Counted from the stretch's first letter, positions 1 through 10,738 are shown. The stretch is 64,000 nt of DNA from Hyphomicrobiales bacterium (GCA_021775475.1 JAJFHS010000028.1:15729-79728); one strand, 5' to 3'. Notes: a model not told the origin generated them from the letters alone. Numbers and translations are program-made.

Positions 1-84
1 ATCAAAGCCGGTTATTACTCTATCAAGGCGCTGAACCCGACCGGTATCATCCCCGCTGGTCCTGCATTGATCCTGGCAACTTGA
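1..84 (+). CDS. 3' end of an unidentified upstream CDS (partial, 27 codons)
   Basis: Frame 1 is open from the window edge to TGA at 82-84 (IKAGYYSIKALNPTGIIPAGPALILAT*). Too short to name. Confidence 0.3.
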   Translation: MKAGYYSIKALNPTGIIPAGPALILAT

Positions 85-99
85 ACTGGAAAATTTTTA

Positions 100-915
100 A
101 TGACGTCACTTCCCAGCCTTTTTCTCGCTCACGGCGCTCCCGATTTGCCACTGAACGACCACCCGGCAAAACGTTTCCTGGTTAATATGCGCACCCAACT
201 GCCGCAACCAAAATCGATCCTGATCATATCAGCCCATTGGCAGGCCGAAGTGCCAACGCTGGCCACAGCGGCCAGACCTGAAACCATCTACGATTTTTCC
301 GGCTTTCCCCAACCATTGTATACTCTAGAATATCCCGCAATGAGCGATGTTGAATTGATTGAGAAAGTCAAAGCGCTGCTTGAAAAATCCGGTTCTCCGA
401 TTGGCGAAGATGCAACTCGTGGTTACGACCATGGTACCTGGGTGCCACTGCTTTTGGCCTATCCCGATGCAGATATTCCTGTGGTGCAGCTTTCTTTGCA
501 GCATTCCGGCAACGCCCGCCAACACTTCAAGATCGGTCAAGCCCTGTCGCCATTGCGCAAACAAGGCGTGCTGATCATCGGCTCGGGCGCTGCCGTTCAC
601 AATCTGGGCACTATGGCGCCGGAAGGAACACCCGCACCCAACTGGGCTAAAACCTTTGATCACTGGTTCAACAACAATATCCAGGCCCATAATCTTCAAC
701 CTCTGCTGGAGTTTCCAGGTTCGCCGGAAGAAGCGCGTCAGGCCCACCCAACCCCTGAACACCTGATGCCAATCTTTGTGGCCATGGGGGCGGGCTGGTC
801 AGGTGGCCATGCCTTGCGCTTGCATCATTCATACAGTTATGGTTCGCTTTCCATGGCGTGTTTTGCCTTTGGCAGCCAGGCTGAGACGGAAATTTATCCA
901 GTCACAAAATGTTGA
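100..915 (+). CDS. class III extradiol ring-cleavage dioxygenase, LigB/YgiD (4,5-DOPA dioxygenase-like) family
   Basis: 271-aa ORF with LFLAHGAPD, ISAHWQ, IYDFSGFP and YDHGTWVPL motifs typical of YgiD/LigB-type enzymes. Confidence 0.8.
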   Translation: MTSLPSLFLAHGAPDLPLNDHPAKRFLVNMRTQLPQPKSILIISAHWQAEVPTLATAARPETIYDFSGFPQPLYTLEYPAMSDVELIEKVKALLEKSGSPIGEDATRGYDHGTWVPLLLAYPDADIPVVQLSLQHSGNARQHFKIGQALSPLRKQGVLIIGSGAAVHNLGTMAPEGTPAPNWAKTFDHWFNNNIQAHNLQPLLEFPGSPEEARQAHPTPEHLMPIFVAMGAGWSGGHALRLHHSYSYGSLSMACFAFGSQAETEIYPVTKC

Positions 916-985
916 CACAACAAATTAGCAATTTCTGACACAACAGGATGAATGCGAGACACATTTTTGAAAAGGAAACACCCCT

Positions 986-1678
986 ATGCCCGGCTTTAGA
1001 CTGATCAGTTTCAAACGCTGCCCTTATGTGCAGCGATGCGTGATGATTTTACGCGAGAAAAATGTTGAATATGACATTGAATATATTGACCTGAGTGACC
1101 GCCCTGACTGGTTCAATGAGCTGAGCCCTTTGGGCAAGGTACCGGTGCTCGAAGTTACCCGTGATGATGGCACAAAAGTTGTGTTGTTTGAATCCGCCGT
1201 GATCAACGAATATCTCGACGAAGTAACACCCGGCAGCCTGCTTCCCGACGATCCTTTGGAACGCGCGCATTCTCGCGCCTGGTGCGTATTTGGCACAGCG
1301 TTGCTAAGTGATGCGGGAGACATTACCATGGCCAGAGATGAAGAAACATTAGCCGGGGACCTCGAAAGACTGGGCAAGAAGCTTGATCGTCTGGAAAGAG
1401 AAATTGATACGGGGCCTTTCTTTTTGGGCGCGGAAGTTTCTCTTGTCGATGCAGCTTTCGTACCGGCATTGCAGCGTCTGGCCTGGGCCAACGAATTCCA
1501 TCCGGCGATGGCAATCTTCGAGGGGCATCCGAAAGTTGCGCGCTGGTGGGCTGCTCTGGCCGACCGGGAAAGCGTTGTCAATTCCGCCGTCCCCGATCTT
1601 CGCCAGCGTTATGAGGCATATGTCGGTCGTGATCGCGGCGGCTATCGCAGCCTCGTAGGGGCCCGGATCGCGGCTTAG
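986..1678 (+). CDS. glutathione S-transferase family protein (Cys-type active site)
   Basis: 230 aa. N-terminal thioredoxin-like fold with CPYVQR, then VPVLE and ESAVINEYL G-site motifs and a helical C-terminal domain. Confidence 0.8.
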   Translation: MPGFRLISFKRCPYVQRCVMILREKNVEYDIEYIDLSDRPDWFNELSPLGKVPVLEVTRDDGTKVVLFESAVINEYLDEVTPGSLLPDDPLERAHSRAWCVFGTALLSDAGDITMARDEETLAGDLERLGKKLDRLEREIDTGPFFLGAEVSLVDAAFVPALQRLAWANEFHPAMAIFEGHPKVARWWAALADRESVVNSAVPDLRQRYEAYVGRDRGGYRSLVGARIAA

Positions 1679-1689
1679 GAATTTCCTTT

Positions 1690-2403
1690 CTACAGGTGTA
1701 GAAAACTGTCAATTACGCTGGTATCAGTCAGCAATTCATCATTGCTGCCGTGCCAGACGATTGTGCCTTTTTCCAGCACAAAATGGTGATCGGCAATGCG
1801 GGTCAGTTCCTCGATATTTTTGTCGATCACCAATATGGCTTCGCCGGATTTTTTTAAACCCGCAAGACACTGCCAGATTTCTTCCCTGACCAGAGGGGCG
1901 AGCCCTTCGGTGGCTTCATCAAGGATCAACAGGCGCGGATTTGTCATTAACGCACGGGCAATGGCGAGCATTTGCTGTTCACCGCCAGACAGTTGAGCAC
2001 CGAGATTATTAGCCCGGGCGGCCAGTGTCGGGAATAACTCGTAGACGGTTTCAAGGCTCCATCTGGCTGAACCTGAATGATTGGCTGCTGTTGCCACCAG
2101 GTTTTCACGCACATTCAAAGTAGGAAAGATCATCCGCCCCTCCGGCACCAGGCCAATACCGGCCTGGGCCAGTTTGAAGGGGGGGTGTGCGGTGAGGTTT
2201 TTGCCAAGAAAATGCACATTGCCGCCGGTTGGTTTTATCAGCCCCATGACGGATTTTACAACTGTGGTTTTACCCATGCCATTGCGGCCAATAAGCGTTA
2301 CAACCTGACCGGCTGCGACACTGAAATCGACACCAAACAGCACTTGTGCCGCCCCGTACCCGGCTTCAAGCCCCGTTACCTTCAACATTTTTTCGCCAGT
2401 CAT
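1690..2403 (-). CDS. livF: branched-chain amino acid (HAAT family) ABC transporter ATP-binding protein, LivF type
   Basis: Walker A GRNGMGKTT, signature LSGGEQQ, Walker B LLILDE. Shares 1 nt with the upstream livG stop. Confidence 0.9.
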   Translation of the reverse strand: MTGEKMLKVTGLEAGYGAAQVLFGVDFSVAAGQVVTLIGRNGMGKTTVVKSVMGLIKPTGGNVHFLGKNLTAHPPFKLAQAGIGLVPEGRMIFPTLNVRENLVATAANHSGSARWSLETVYELFPTLAARANNLGAQLSGGEQQMLAIARALMTNPRLLILDEATEGLAPLVREEIWQCLAGLKKSGEAILVIDKNIEELTRIADHHFVLEKGTIVWHGSNDELLTDTSVIDSFLHL

Positions 2404-3176
2404 TACATTGCACTCTCGCCCAGATAAGCGGCTTTCACTTCTGCGTTCTGCCGCACTTCGTCAGGTGTTCCCGTGGCAATTATCTTGCCATAAACCAGAA
2501 CCGCCACCCGGTCAGCGAGAGCAAATACCGCCTCCATGTCATGTTCAACCAGCAACAGCGGATAACGCGATTTGAGCGATTTGAGGATTTCAATGAGACG
2601 CAGGCTTTCATGCTTGCCAATCCCAGCCATCGGCTCATCCAGCAACAAGGCTTTGGGCTTCATGGCTATGGCGATTGCCAGTTCCAGTATACGTTTTTCA
2701 CCATGCGACAGATTATCGGCAATTGTCGTAATCTGCTTGTCAAATCCAACCATCTGAAGAGCTTCAAAGGCCTGATCATTGAGGGTTTTTTCATCTGCCG
2801 CAATGCCAAACAACCGCAAAGAGCCGTTGGTGCGCGCCTGTACCGCCAGAGCAACATTTTCAAGCGCACTCAAGGACGGTATAATCGAGGTAATCTGAAA
2901 CGAACGCGCAAGGCCGAGACGGGCGCGGGCATGTACCGGCAAATGAGTGATGTCGCGACCGTCAAAGATGACCGTGCCGCTATCGGGTGTAAAAAAGCCG
3001 GACAGCTGATGAATAAGGGTAGTTTTACCGGCACCATTGGGACCAATCAGGGCAAGGCACTCACCTGAAAACAGATCAAAGTTGACATCGGCATTAACTC
3101 GCAAGCCGCCAAAGTTTTTACACAGATCTACCACCTTCAATAATGCCTCAGGCACGATTACGGCCTCCTTTGACAT
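2403..3176 (-). CDS. livG: HAAT family ABC transporter ATP-binding protein, LivG type
   Basis: Walker A GPNGAGKTT, LSHGEKR, LLLDEP. I prefer the ATG at 3176 (MSKEAV...) preceded by GGGAGG over the ORF-track start at 3203. Confidence 0.88.
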   Translation of the reverse strand: MSKEAVIVPEALLKVVDLCKNFGGLRVNADVNFDLFSGECLALIGPNGAGKTTLIHQLSGFFTPDSGTVIFDGRDITHLPVHARARLGLARSFQITSIIPSLSALENVALAVQARTNGSLRLFGIAADEKTLNDQAFEALQMVGFDKQITTIADNLSHGEKRILELAIAIAMKPKALLLDEPMAGIGKHESLRLIEILKSLKSRYPLLLVEHDMEAVFALADRVAVLVYGKIIATGTPDEVRQNAEVKAAYLGESAM

Positions 3177-4140
3177 AAGCGAAAAACCTCCCAATACCAC
3201 CATTTTTGGACAGGACAGCGAGAACCATTAACGGTCCAAAAATCAGTTTCCAGTCTTGGGTGAAATCAGACAGAGCCTGTATCAGCAACACATAGGCAAA
3301 GGCACCAATCAGGGTACCGTTGCGTGTGCCCATGCCACCCAGGGCCACCATAATGATCAATTCGCCCGAATGCTGCCACCGCATGGTTGCCGGCGAGACA
3401 AACTCGGCCTGACTGGTGTGTAAAAATCCGGCAATTCCGGCGATCACTCCAGCGATCACATAAGCTGTCAGGCGCACGCGCAAAACATTGTAGCCAAGGG
3501 CTGAGATCCGTGTTTCGTTTTCTTTTGCGGCACGTAATACGCGGCCAAAGCGCGAGCCCACAAGGGTTTGAACCAAAAACAGTCCGGCAATCAAAAAGCC
3601 CAGTGAGATGTAAAATATACCGACGTCATCAGCAAAAATATCTGAGCCCAGGATTGTCACATTACCCCAGATGGTCAGGCCGTCATCGCCACCGTAAGTA
3701 GAAAGCGAACTGGCGGCAAAAAACAGCATTTGCCCAAATGCCAGCGTTATCATGATGAAATAAACACCGGAGGTGCGCAAACATATGATGCCAGTTATCA
3801 GTGCAAACAGCGTACTTACCACAACAACTATCGGGAAAATTATCAAAGCTTCGCCAAAGCCTTCGGTTACCATAATCGCGGTGATATATGCGCCGATACC
3901 GATAAAGGCGGCGTGACCGAAACTGACCATGCCGCCAAAGCCCAAAATCAAATCAAGTGCGATTGCCGCCAATGCCAGGATTATCGCCCGATTTACAAGA
4001 TCAAGAATAAATCCTTCGGCACCATAACGCGCAAATACCGGCACCAGTGCCAGTATCAAAAATATCAGGATCGATAATCGATAACTGTCAGACAGGTTTG
4101 AAATTACCGTACCGGGTTTTTTGTCAGGGGCGACGTTCAT
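3148..4140 (-). CDS. livM: HAAT family ABC transporter permease, LivM type
   Basis: 330-aa polytopic membrane protein. ATGA overlap with livH. Position and hydrophobic profile fit LivM. Confidence 0.85.
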   Translation of the reverse strand: MNVAPDKKPGTVISNLSDSYRLSILIFLILALVPVFARYGAEGFILDLVNRAIILALAAIALDLILGFGGMVSFGHAAFIGIGAYITAIMVTEGFGEALIIFPIVVVVSTLFALITGIICLRTSGVYFIMITLAFGQMLFFAASSLSTYGGDDGLTIWGNVTILGSDIFADDVGIFYISLGFLIAGLFLVQTLVGSRFGRVLRAAKENETRISALGYNVLRVRLTAYVIAGVIAGIAGFLHTSQAEFVSPATMRWQHSGELIIMVALGGMGTRNGTLIGAFAYVLLIQALSDFTQDWKLIFGPLMVLAVLSKNGGIGRFFAYVKGGRNRA

Positions 4141-5063
4141 GCCGTTTTACCCGGCGCAAACAACCCGGTTGGCTTGAAAAACAAGATTGCTGCCATCAGC
4201 ACATAAATCAACATAGAAGCGAGGGCGGGGCCAATTTGGTTGGCAGCGGATGCATCCATGAACAATTTGAGGATATCGGTCATCATCGAGCGGCCCAGGG
4301 TGTCAACCAGACCGATAACAAGGGCGGCAATAAAAGCACCGCGAATGGAGCCGATGCCGCCAACAATGATGACGACAAAAGCCACAATCAGGATATCATC
4401 GCCCATGCCGGGTTCGACCGAGAATATCGGTGCTGACAGGACACCGGCAAAGCCCGCAAGCATGGCACCAAACCCGAATACCAGCATAAACAGGCGGCGA
4501 ATATTAACACCAAGCGCTGATACCATCTCCAGATTTGTTGCCCCGGCGCGTACCAGCATGCCGAGTTTTGTTCGCGTCACCATGAACCACAACAGGCCGG
4601 CCACCGCCAGCCCAACAGCGATAATTGCCAAACGATAGACCGGGTATAACAGGCCCTCGACCAATGGGATTGATCCTGAAAGGAAGTCAGGCTCGGGAAT
4701 GACCAGTGGTTCTGGACCCCACAAAACCGTTGTTGCCTGATTGAGGAACAGGATAATGCCAAAGGTTGCCAGCACATGATCGAGATGATCGCGGTCATAG
4801 AGATGCCGGAAAATCAGGACTTCAAACAACAATCCCAACAACAGCGCCGAAGCTGACGCCAGTATCACCGTTAGCAGAAAATTTTGCGTAAGGGCGTAAA
4901 AGGCAACGGCAAAATAAGCCCCCACCATATACTGCACACCGTGGGCTAGGTTGATAAATCCCATGACGCCAAACACAAGCGTCAATCCCGCCGCAATCAA
5001 AAACAGCAACACACCCAGTTGCAACCCATTGAGAACCTGTACGAGGAAAAGTGTCGTAGACAT
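4137..5063 (-). CDS. livH: HAAT family ABC transporter permease, LivH type
   Basis: 308-aa polytopic membrane protein starting MSTTLFLVQVLNGLQLG..., a typical LivH N-terminus. Confidence 0.85.
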   Translation of the reverse strand: MSTTLFLVQVLNGLQLGVLLFLIAAGLTLVFGVMGFINLAHGVQYMVGAYFAVAFYALTQNFLLTVILASASALLLGLLFEVLIFRHLYDRDHLDHVLATFGIILFLNQATTVLWGPEPLVIPEPDFLSGSIPLVEGLLYPVYRLAIIAVGLAVAGLLWFMVTRTKLGMLVRAGATNLEMVSALGVNIRRLFMLVFGFGAMLAGFAGVLSAPIFSVEPGMGDDILIVAFVVIIVGGIGSIRGAFIAALVIGLVDTLGRSMMTDILKLFMDASAANQIGPALASMLIYVLMAAILFFKPTGLFAPGKTA

Positions 5064-5094
5064 AGTTTTTGATTTACGAAAATGCAGGAGTAAA

Positions 5095-5121
5095 GGGCCG
5101 GAACAACGTCAGTTCCGGCCC
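5095..5121 (-). terminator. intercistronic GC-rich hairpin between the binding-protein gene and livH (partial terminator or mRNA stabiliser)
   Basis: Perfect 10-bp stem GGGCCGGAAC / GTTCCGGCCC with a 7-nt loop, 10 nt past the stop of the SBP gene. Only a weak T-tract follows on the minus strand. Confidence 0.4.
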
Positions 5122-5130
5122 CTGAAGATA

Positions 5131-6300
5131 TTACCAGCTCATCTTGCAATCTTTGGCATAGAAGTCACCGGCAGCACTGAAGATTTTCCTATCAATTTCA
5201 GTCTGGAATTTGCCATCGGCGCGTTTGGCAACTTTCATCAGATAATAATCCTGAACAGGAAACTGATTGGTGTTGAATTTGAAGTTACCGCGTAAAGATT
5301 TAAAATCAGCGGCGCGAAGGGCATTGCGAACAGCCTTTTTATCACTCAGGTTATCGCCAACTTTGCGAATGACTGAATCGAGCAACATAGCGGTATCATA
5401 CCCCTGCATGGCATAGACTGAGGGCACATATCCGTATTTACCTTCAAAAGCTGCGACAAACTCGGCATTGCCGGGGGTTTTCATATTTGGTGCCCATGAT
5501 GCACCACCGAAAAAGCCTAAAGCTGCGTCTTTTTGTGCCGGTAATGTGGCTTCATCCACTGTAAAGGCCGACAGGAATGTCATTTTGTCAGCAAGACCAG
5601 CGGCCCTGAACTGTTTGACAAAACGCACACCCATGCCGCCGGGCATGAAGGTAAACAGGGCGTCAGGTTTGGCAGCAGCCAGTTTAGCGATTTCAGCAGA
5701 ATAATCTTTCTGGCCAAGCTTGGTGAAAACCGTATCAACAATCTTGCCCGAGAATTGGCGTTTAAACCCGTTCACGGCATCTTTGCCGGCCTGATAATTA
5801 GGTGCCAAAAGGAAAACGCTTTTGAACCCTTGTTGTTCGGCATGTTTGCCGAGAACTTCAAAGTTCTGATCATTCTGGAATGAAGTGACAAACAGCAGCG
5901 GATTGCAGTTTTTGCCCGCGAAAACCGAAGGACCGGCATTGGGGCTTATCAAAAATGTATTCGACTTGATAATCGGTTTGAAGACGGCAGCCAGCATGTT
6001 TGAAAAAACGGTACCGACGACGAAATCAACCTTGTCTCTTCCCACCAGACTTTTGGCTTTAGAAATAGCCACATCAGGTTTTAGTTCATCATCTTCAATA
6101 ATCAGCTCTGTGGTTTTGTCCCCCAACTTGCCACCGAGCTTTTCCATGGCCAGTTGAAAACCATCGCGCAATTGCTTGCCCAATACGGCTGGTGGCCCGG
6201 ATAAAGTGATCAGCATGCCGATTTTAACCGGTTTTGCCAATGCCACCGAACCACTCATTACCCCCACTGCGGTTGCAGCGGCCAAGAAATATCTTTTCAT
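5131..6300 (-). CDS. ABC transporter periplasmic substrate-binding protein (LivK/type-I PBP family)
   Basis: Signal peptide MKRYFLAAATAVGVMSGSVALA, then KIGMLITLSGP..., typical of Leu/Ile/Val-binding-like proteins. The ATG at 6300 has a GGGGAG RBS; the track start 6312 is less likely. Confidence 0.85.
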   Translation of the reverse strand: MKRYFLAAATAVGVMSGSVALAKPVKIGMLITLSGPPAVLGKQLRDGFQLAMEKLGGKLGDKTTELIIEDDELKPDVAISKAKSLVGRDKVDFVVGTVFSNMLAAVFKPIIKSNTFLISPNAGPSVFAGKNCNPLLFVTSFQNDQNFEVLGKHAEQQGFKSVFLLAPNYQAGKDAVNGFKRQFSGKIVDTVFTKLGQKDYSAEIAKLAAAKPDALFTFMPGGMGVRFVKQFRAAGLADKMTFLSAFTVDEATLPAQKDAALGFFGGASWAPNMKTPGNAEFVAAFEGKYGYVPSVYAMQGYDTAMLLDSVIRKVGDNLSDKKAVRNALRAADFKSLRGNFKFNTNQFPVQDYYLMKVAKRADGKFQTEIDRKIFSAAGDFYAKDCKMSW

Positions 6301-6435
6301 AAAACTCCCCATAACAAAAATTTACAGCCTGAAACGTGTGTAATTATCCACAGACTCAAGCGGAACCTACGACATTTTTCTATTTGGTTCAAACGATTGC
6401 ACCAGCATCGTGTGATTTTTTCCTGACCCGGATTG

Positions 6436-7341
6436 TCACTTCCAACTGGCCATCAAATCCGTTGTGATAGCCTCAAACACTTCTTCATTTTGACAAAACC
6501 GCGTCAATAAAGACAGATGGTTGGCATCATTGACGATGAAAATGTTTTCTTCATTGCCGCCGCTGAGCATTTGCGCACCGAGAAAAGTCTGACGTTTGAA
6601 GTCATCAGTCTCATCATTGCCAACCACAAATGCTGTGGGTTGATTGTTGATGCTCACGCCGGAATATACCGACCATTGTGCCACTTCTGCTTGAGACATT
6701 GCAAGTTCATCACCGATGTCGGTTTTTGCAACCGGGTAAATGTCATAGACACCGCTGAACAATAAAAGTGCGTCATTGGGCAGGACCAACCCCTGTTCAT
6801 GCGCCTGGGCTGTACCGTAGACTACCAGATGCGCACCGGCGGAATGACCGGCAATAATGCGATTGGCGGAAAGTCTGGCACGATCAGAAATTTTGGCGAT
6901 GTGACGCAATGCGCCGACCGTATCCGCCACCAGGTCGCTCAGGCGGAATTCCGGCATCAAGCGATATTCCAGAATGATGCAGTCAATCCCGCGTTTGAGG
7001 AAGGGCAAGGCCATAAAGCGTGATTGTTCGCGCTCCATCGCCCGCCAAAATCCGCCGTGAATAAATATCGCCAACCCGCGACCGGTTTTACTGGTGTCAG
7101 CTTTAAATATCTCCATGGTCTGGCGGGGATGGTCGCCATAATTTTCAACGAAAAACCCATGATCCGCAAAACAGATGTCACTGGAATATTTTTCCCACTC
7201 AGCAACATCATCGGCAAAACTCGTCAATGTTTTACGCAAGACGTATTGTTGGTTAAAATAACGACGCGCGGATGTTTTCGTGAACATAAAATGATCCTGC
7301 TGGTGGACAAATGCGTAAACCCAGTAACCCATGATTTGCAC
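6436..7341 (-). CDS. alpha/beta hydrolase (esterase/arylformamidase-like)
   Basis: HGGFW oxyanion motif and GHSAGAH nucleophile elbow. The start is uncertain (alternative Met at 7287). Confidence 0.7.
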   Translation of the reverse strand: MQIMGYWVYAFVHQQDHFMFTKTSARRYFNQQYVLRKTLTSFADDVAEWEKYSSDICFADHGFFVENYGDHPRQTMEIFKADTSKTGRGLAIFIHGGFWRAMEREQSRFMALPFLKRGIDCIILEYRLMPEFRLSDLVADTVGALRHIAKISDRARLSANRIIAGHSAGAHLVVYGTAQAHEQGLVLPNDALLLFSGVYDIYPVAKTDIGDELAMSQAEVAQWSVYSGVSINNQPTAFVVGNDETDDFKRQTFLGAQMLSGGNEENIFIVNDANHLSLLTRFCQNEEVFEAITTDLMASWK

Positions 7342-7396
7342 ATAATTGGAAGTGGTTTATAGTTCTCGCAAATCAACCCAGACAGGAAAAACAATA

Positions 7397-7909
7397 ATGA
7401 CCTATACGCTTGAAAACCTGGCGGGCGACATTCGCCAAACACTCAAAGACAGCCCTGGTAATGCGGGTTCCAGCGACATCTGTCAGTTTGTCGAAAAAGC
7501 TCTCGGTGACGAGAATTTCATCTCAACCAACTTTGGCACCGACAAAACCGGGCCGCGTCATATTATCTATGAAGACCCGGATTTTGGTTTTTGCATTTGT
7601 GTTCATATGTATCATGATGCACAAAATGGAAAACCTCATGACCACGGTCCCAGCTGGGCAGTATATGGTCAGGCCGAAGGGGTGACGGAAATGACCCACT
7701 GGCGCATCGTTAAACCCGCTGAAGGTGATAGTCCTGCTTTGGTGGAGCAGGAGGAAACGCTGGTGATGGACCCCGGCATGGCGCATTTTTACAAGGTCGG
7801 TGACATTCATGCCCCTAACCGCGCCGGCAAAGTTGCGCTGTTGCGCATAGAAGGTGCCAATCTCGACAATATAACACGTTCGAAAATACAGCCCGTGCAG
7901 GCTGCCTGA
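7397..7909 (+). CDS. cupin-fold thiol dioxygenase-like protein (cysteine dioxygenase type I / 3-mercaptopropionate dioxygenase family, COG5553-like)
   Basis: PHDHGPSWAVYGQAEG plus the downstream GDIHAPN give the 3-His pattern (H-x-H ... H) of bacterial CDO/MDO homologues. ATG at 7397 with an AGGAAA RBS. Confidence 0.65.
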   Translation: MTYTLENLAGDIRQTLKDSPGNAGSSDICQFVEKALGDENFISTNFGTDKTGPRHIIYEDPDFGFCICVHMYHDAQNGKPHDHGPSWAVYGQAEGVTEMTHWRIVKPAEGDSPALVEQEETLVMDPGMAHFYKVGDIHAPNRAGKVALLRIEGANLDNITRSKIQPVQAA

Positions 7910-7918
7910 AAGACCCAC

Positions 7919-9511
7919 ATGACATATGTAGATGCAGAGATTCTCAAGCCGCAGCTTACGAATGGTAGCGAAATCGCCTTTATTGATGTGCGTGAACACG
8001 GGCAGTATGGCGCGGGCCATCCCTTCTTTATTGCCTCAATTCCTTATAGTCAGCTTGAAGTGATGGCGGGAACCTTGCTGCCGAACAAGTCGATAGATAT
8101 TGTGCTGATGGACAATGGTGACGGGATATCCGAAAAAGCAAAAGTGAGACTGAGTGACATCGGATACACCTCCATTGCTATCCTGAAGGGCGGTGCCAAG
8201 GCCTGGAAAGAGGCGGGCTTTACGCTTTATGAGGGAGTTAATCTGCCGTCAAAAACATTAGGGGAGCTGATCGAACACGTGGCTGACACGCCACGGATCA
8301 GCGCGCAGCAACTAATGGCTATGATGGCAGAGGATGATGATTTTATTCTGGTGGATGGACGCACACCAGAAGAATTCCGCACCATGATGATTGGCAACGG
8401 CATATGCTGCCCCAATGCCGAACTGGGCCATCGCCTGCCGCAGTTGTTATCATCTGATAGCACAAAAATAATTGTCAATTGTGCCGGGCGCACGCGCAGT
8501 ATCATCGGCGCACAGGGGTTGATAAATCAAAGGTTTGACAATCCTGTCTTTGCGCTTGAAAATGGAACTCAGGGCTGGGAGCTGGCAGGCTATGAAGTCA
8601 CCCGAGGCGCTGAAGATAATCTGCCCCATGATCTTGATGAAACAACTTTGGACGCTTCGCGAAAGCGTGCAGCGGATTTGCGCCAAAAATTCAATATCAA
8701 ACAGATCGACTTATCCACGCTTCAGGCCTGGCAACTCGATGACACCAGGACAACTTACGTCTTTGATATTCGCACAAAAGAAGAATTCATCGCCGGTCAT
8801 CTGCTCAATAGCAGACATGCCCCCGGCGGCCAGCTGGTACAATCAACCGACAAGCGTGTAGGTGCCAGGGCTGCGCGCATTGTGCTGGTGGATGATACCG
8901 GATTAAGAGCGGCAAACACCGCAGTCTGGCTACAACAGATGAGCCATGAGGTCTATGTTCTTGAACAGAATGTCGCCACACTGGATGGACCTGAACGTGG
9001 GCTAACGCCAGAAACTTCCATTGTTGAAAAACTGCCACAATGCCGTATTTCCGAGGTGGCAGACAGGCTCGAAAATGGTGCCATATTGCTTGATCTCAAC
9101 AAGGCGATGGATTACCGCAAAGGTCATATTTCTGGTGCCCGGTGGACCATCAGACCTCGCCTTGGCAAGCTTGATGCGGGAACGGATTGTGAATTTATAC
9201 TGGTTGCCAGTGACAGACGTGTGGCAGAACTTGCGGCAATCGACTTGAAAGAGTTGGGCCTAAAAGACCTGAGCTATCTGGCCGGTGATGTAAAAACCTG
9301 GGCCGAGGCGGGACTGGAGATTGTCGCAACCCCTGATTTTCCCGCCGACAAAGATTGCATCGATTATCTGTTTTTTACCCACGACCGTCATGTCGGAAAT
9401 CTTGAGGCAGCACGTGGATATCTCGCCTGGGAACTTGCCCTCATCGATCAACTGGACGAGCAGGAAAGATCGTTTTACCAACTGGATTTTTATTCATCAC
9501 CCTCAGCGTAA
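7919..9511 (+). CDS. multi-domain rhodanese-like sulfurtransferase (four tandem rhodanese domains, one catalytic)
   Basis: Four repeats of the rhodanese fold. Only the second keeps an active-site loop, NCAGRTRS. The equivalent positions in the others read [15 protein letters not shown] and LVASDRR. Confidence 0.8.
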   Translation: MTYVDAEILKPQLTNGSEIAFIDVREHGQYGAGHPFFIASIPYSQLEVMAGTLLPNKSIDIVLMDNGDGISEKAKVRLSDIGYTSIAILKGGAKAWKEAGFTLYEGVNLPSKTLGELIEHVADTPRISAQQLMAMMAEDDDFILVDGRTPEEFRTMMIGNGICCPNAELGHRLPQLLSSDSTKIIVNCAGRTRSIIGAQGLINQRFDNPVFALENGTQGWELAGYEVTRGAEDNLPHDLDETTLDASRKRAADLRQKFNIKQIDLSTLQAWQLDDTRTTYVFDIRTKEEFIAGHLLNSRHAPGGQLVQSTDKRVGARAARIVLVDDTGLRAANTAVWLQQMSHEVYVLEQNVATLDGPERGLTPETSIVEKLPQCRISEVADRLENGAILLDLNKAMDYRKGHISGARWTIRPRLGKLDAGTDCEFILVASDRRVAELAAIDLKELGLKDLSYLAGDVKTWAEAGLEIVATPDFPADKDCIDYLFFTHDRHVGNLEAARGYLAWELALIDQLDEQERSFYQLDFYSSPSA

Positions 9512-10722
9512 ATCCAGCGTGAGCTTTGTTTGGCTAACTCCAGTTTGGCAACAGTTACCCGGTGCACTTCGTCCGGTCCATCGGCCAGGCGCAAGCTACG
9601 GGTCTTAGCCCAGGCATGGGCCAAACCGAAATCTTCGCCGACACCACCACCACCATGCACCTGAATGGCGCGATCAATCACATCAAGCGCCATTTGGGGG
9701 GCGATAACTTTTATCATGGCAATTTCCGAGCGTGCCACTTTATTGCCGACCGTATCCATCATATAGGCCGCTTTGAGCGTTAACAGGCGGGCCTGTTCGA
9801 TGTCCATGCGCGAACGCGCGATGGCGTCAATCACAACACCTTGTTCGGCCAGCGTTTTGCCAAATGCCACCCGGGAATTAGCGCGAGCACACATGGCCTC
9901 GAGCGATCGCTCGGCAACACCAATGAGGCGCATACAATGGTGAATACGACCCGGCCCCAGTCTGCCTTGCGCAATTTCAAAGCCGCGACCTTCGCCAAGA
10001 ATGAGGTTTTCTACCGGGACGCGCACATTGTCAAAATTGATCTCGAAATGACCATGCGGGGCGTGGTCATAACCAAAAACCGTCAAGGGTCTGATCAGCG
10101 TTACGCCGGGTGTGTCACGCGGTATCAGGATCATCGATTGCTGGCGGTATTTTTTCGCCTCAGTGTCAGTTTTTCCCATGAAAATGAAAATCTCACAACG
10201 GTAATCACCGGCTCCCGATATCCACCATTTGCGGCCATTGATGATATAATCATCACCATCGCGCTCAATCGTCGATTGAATGTTGGTGGCGTCTGACGAG
10301 GCAACGTCGGGTTCGGTCATGGCGAAGGCCGAGCGGATTTGACCGGCGAGCAGAGGTTTGAGCCATTGGTCTTTTTGCGCGTCAGTGCCGTTTTGTACCA
10401 GCACTTCCATATTGCCGGTGTCGGGCGCTGAACAATTGAACACTTCGGGACCAATGGGTGAGCGCCCCATGATCTCGCACAAGGGTGCATATTCCAGATT
10501 GCTGAGGCCTGCACCATATTTAGCATCGGGCAAAAACAGGTTCCACAATCCTGCCTCGCGCGCCAAGGCTTTCAGGGTCTCCATTATCACTGGTGTGTGC
10601 CAGCGCTCACCTGCATCAAGCTGCTGCACATAGGTTTTTTCGCCGGGATAAACATGGGCATCCATGAAGGTGAGCAGTTTGGAACGTAAACCTTCAACTT
10701 TGGTGGAATAACTAAAATCCAT
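9490..10722 (-). CDS. acyl-CoA dehydrogenase (FadE2 / ACAD10-11-like)
   Basis: 410 aa. [23 protein letters not shown] and C-terminal [10 protein letters not shown] motifs. The 3' end overlaps the convergent rhodanese gene by 22 nt. Confidence 0.85.
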   Translation of the reverse strand: MDFSYSTKVEGLRSKLLTFMDAHVYPGEKTYVQQLDAGERWHTPVIMETLKALAREAGLWNLFLPDAKYGAGLSNLEYAPLCEIMGRSPIGPEVFNCSAPDTGNMEVLVQNGTDAQKDQWLKPLLAGQIRSAFAMTEPDVASSDATNIQSTIERDGDDYIINGRKWWISGAGDYRCEIFIFMGKTDTEAKKYRQQSMILIPRDTPGVTLIRPLTVFGYDHAPHGHFEINFDNVRVPVENLILGEGRGFEIAQGRLGPGRIHHCMRLIGVAERSLEAMCARANSRVAFGKTLAEQGVVIDAIARSRMDIEQARLLTLKAAYMMDTVGNKVARSEIAMIKVIAPQMALDVIDRAIQVHGGGGVGEDFGLAHAWAKTRSLRLADGPDEVHRVTVAKLELAKQSSRWIYAEGDE

Positions 10723-10738
10723 AATTGTTTTTCCCGGT

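Noticed and set aside
325-762. Antisense or shadow ORFs inside recognised genes, for example 325..762(-), 1024..1581(-), 2346..3068(+), 12101..12655(-), 13899..14531(-), 22285..22818(-), 30468..30995(-), 43674..44255(-), 50064..50831(+), 53550..54092(+) and many shorter ones
   Set aside because: Each lies opposite or out of frame to an ORF with strong family motifs. The translations are low-complexity (Arg/Ser/Pro/Ala-rich) without recognisable domains or RBS, which is typical of shadow frames.
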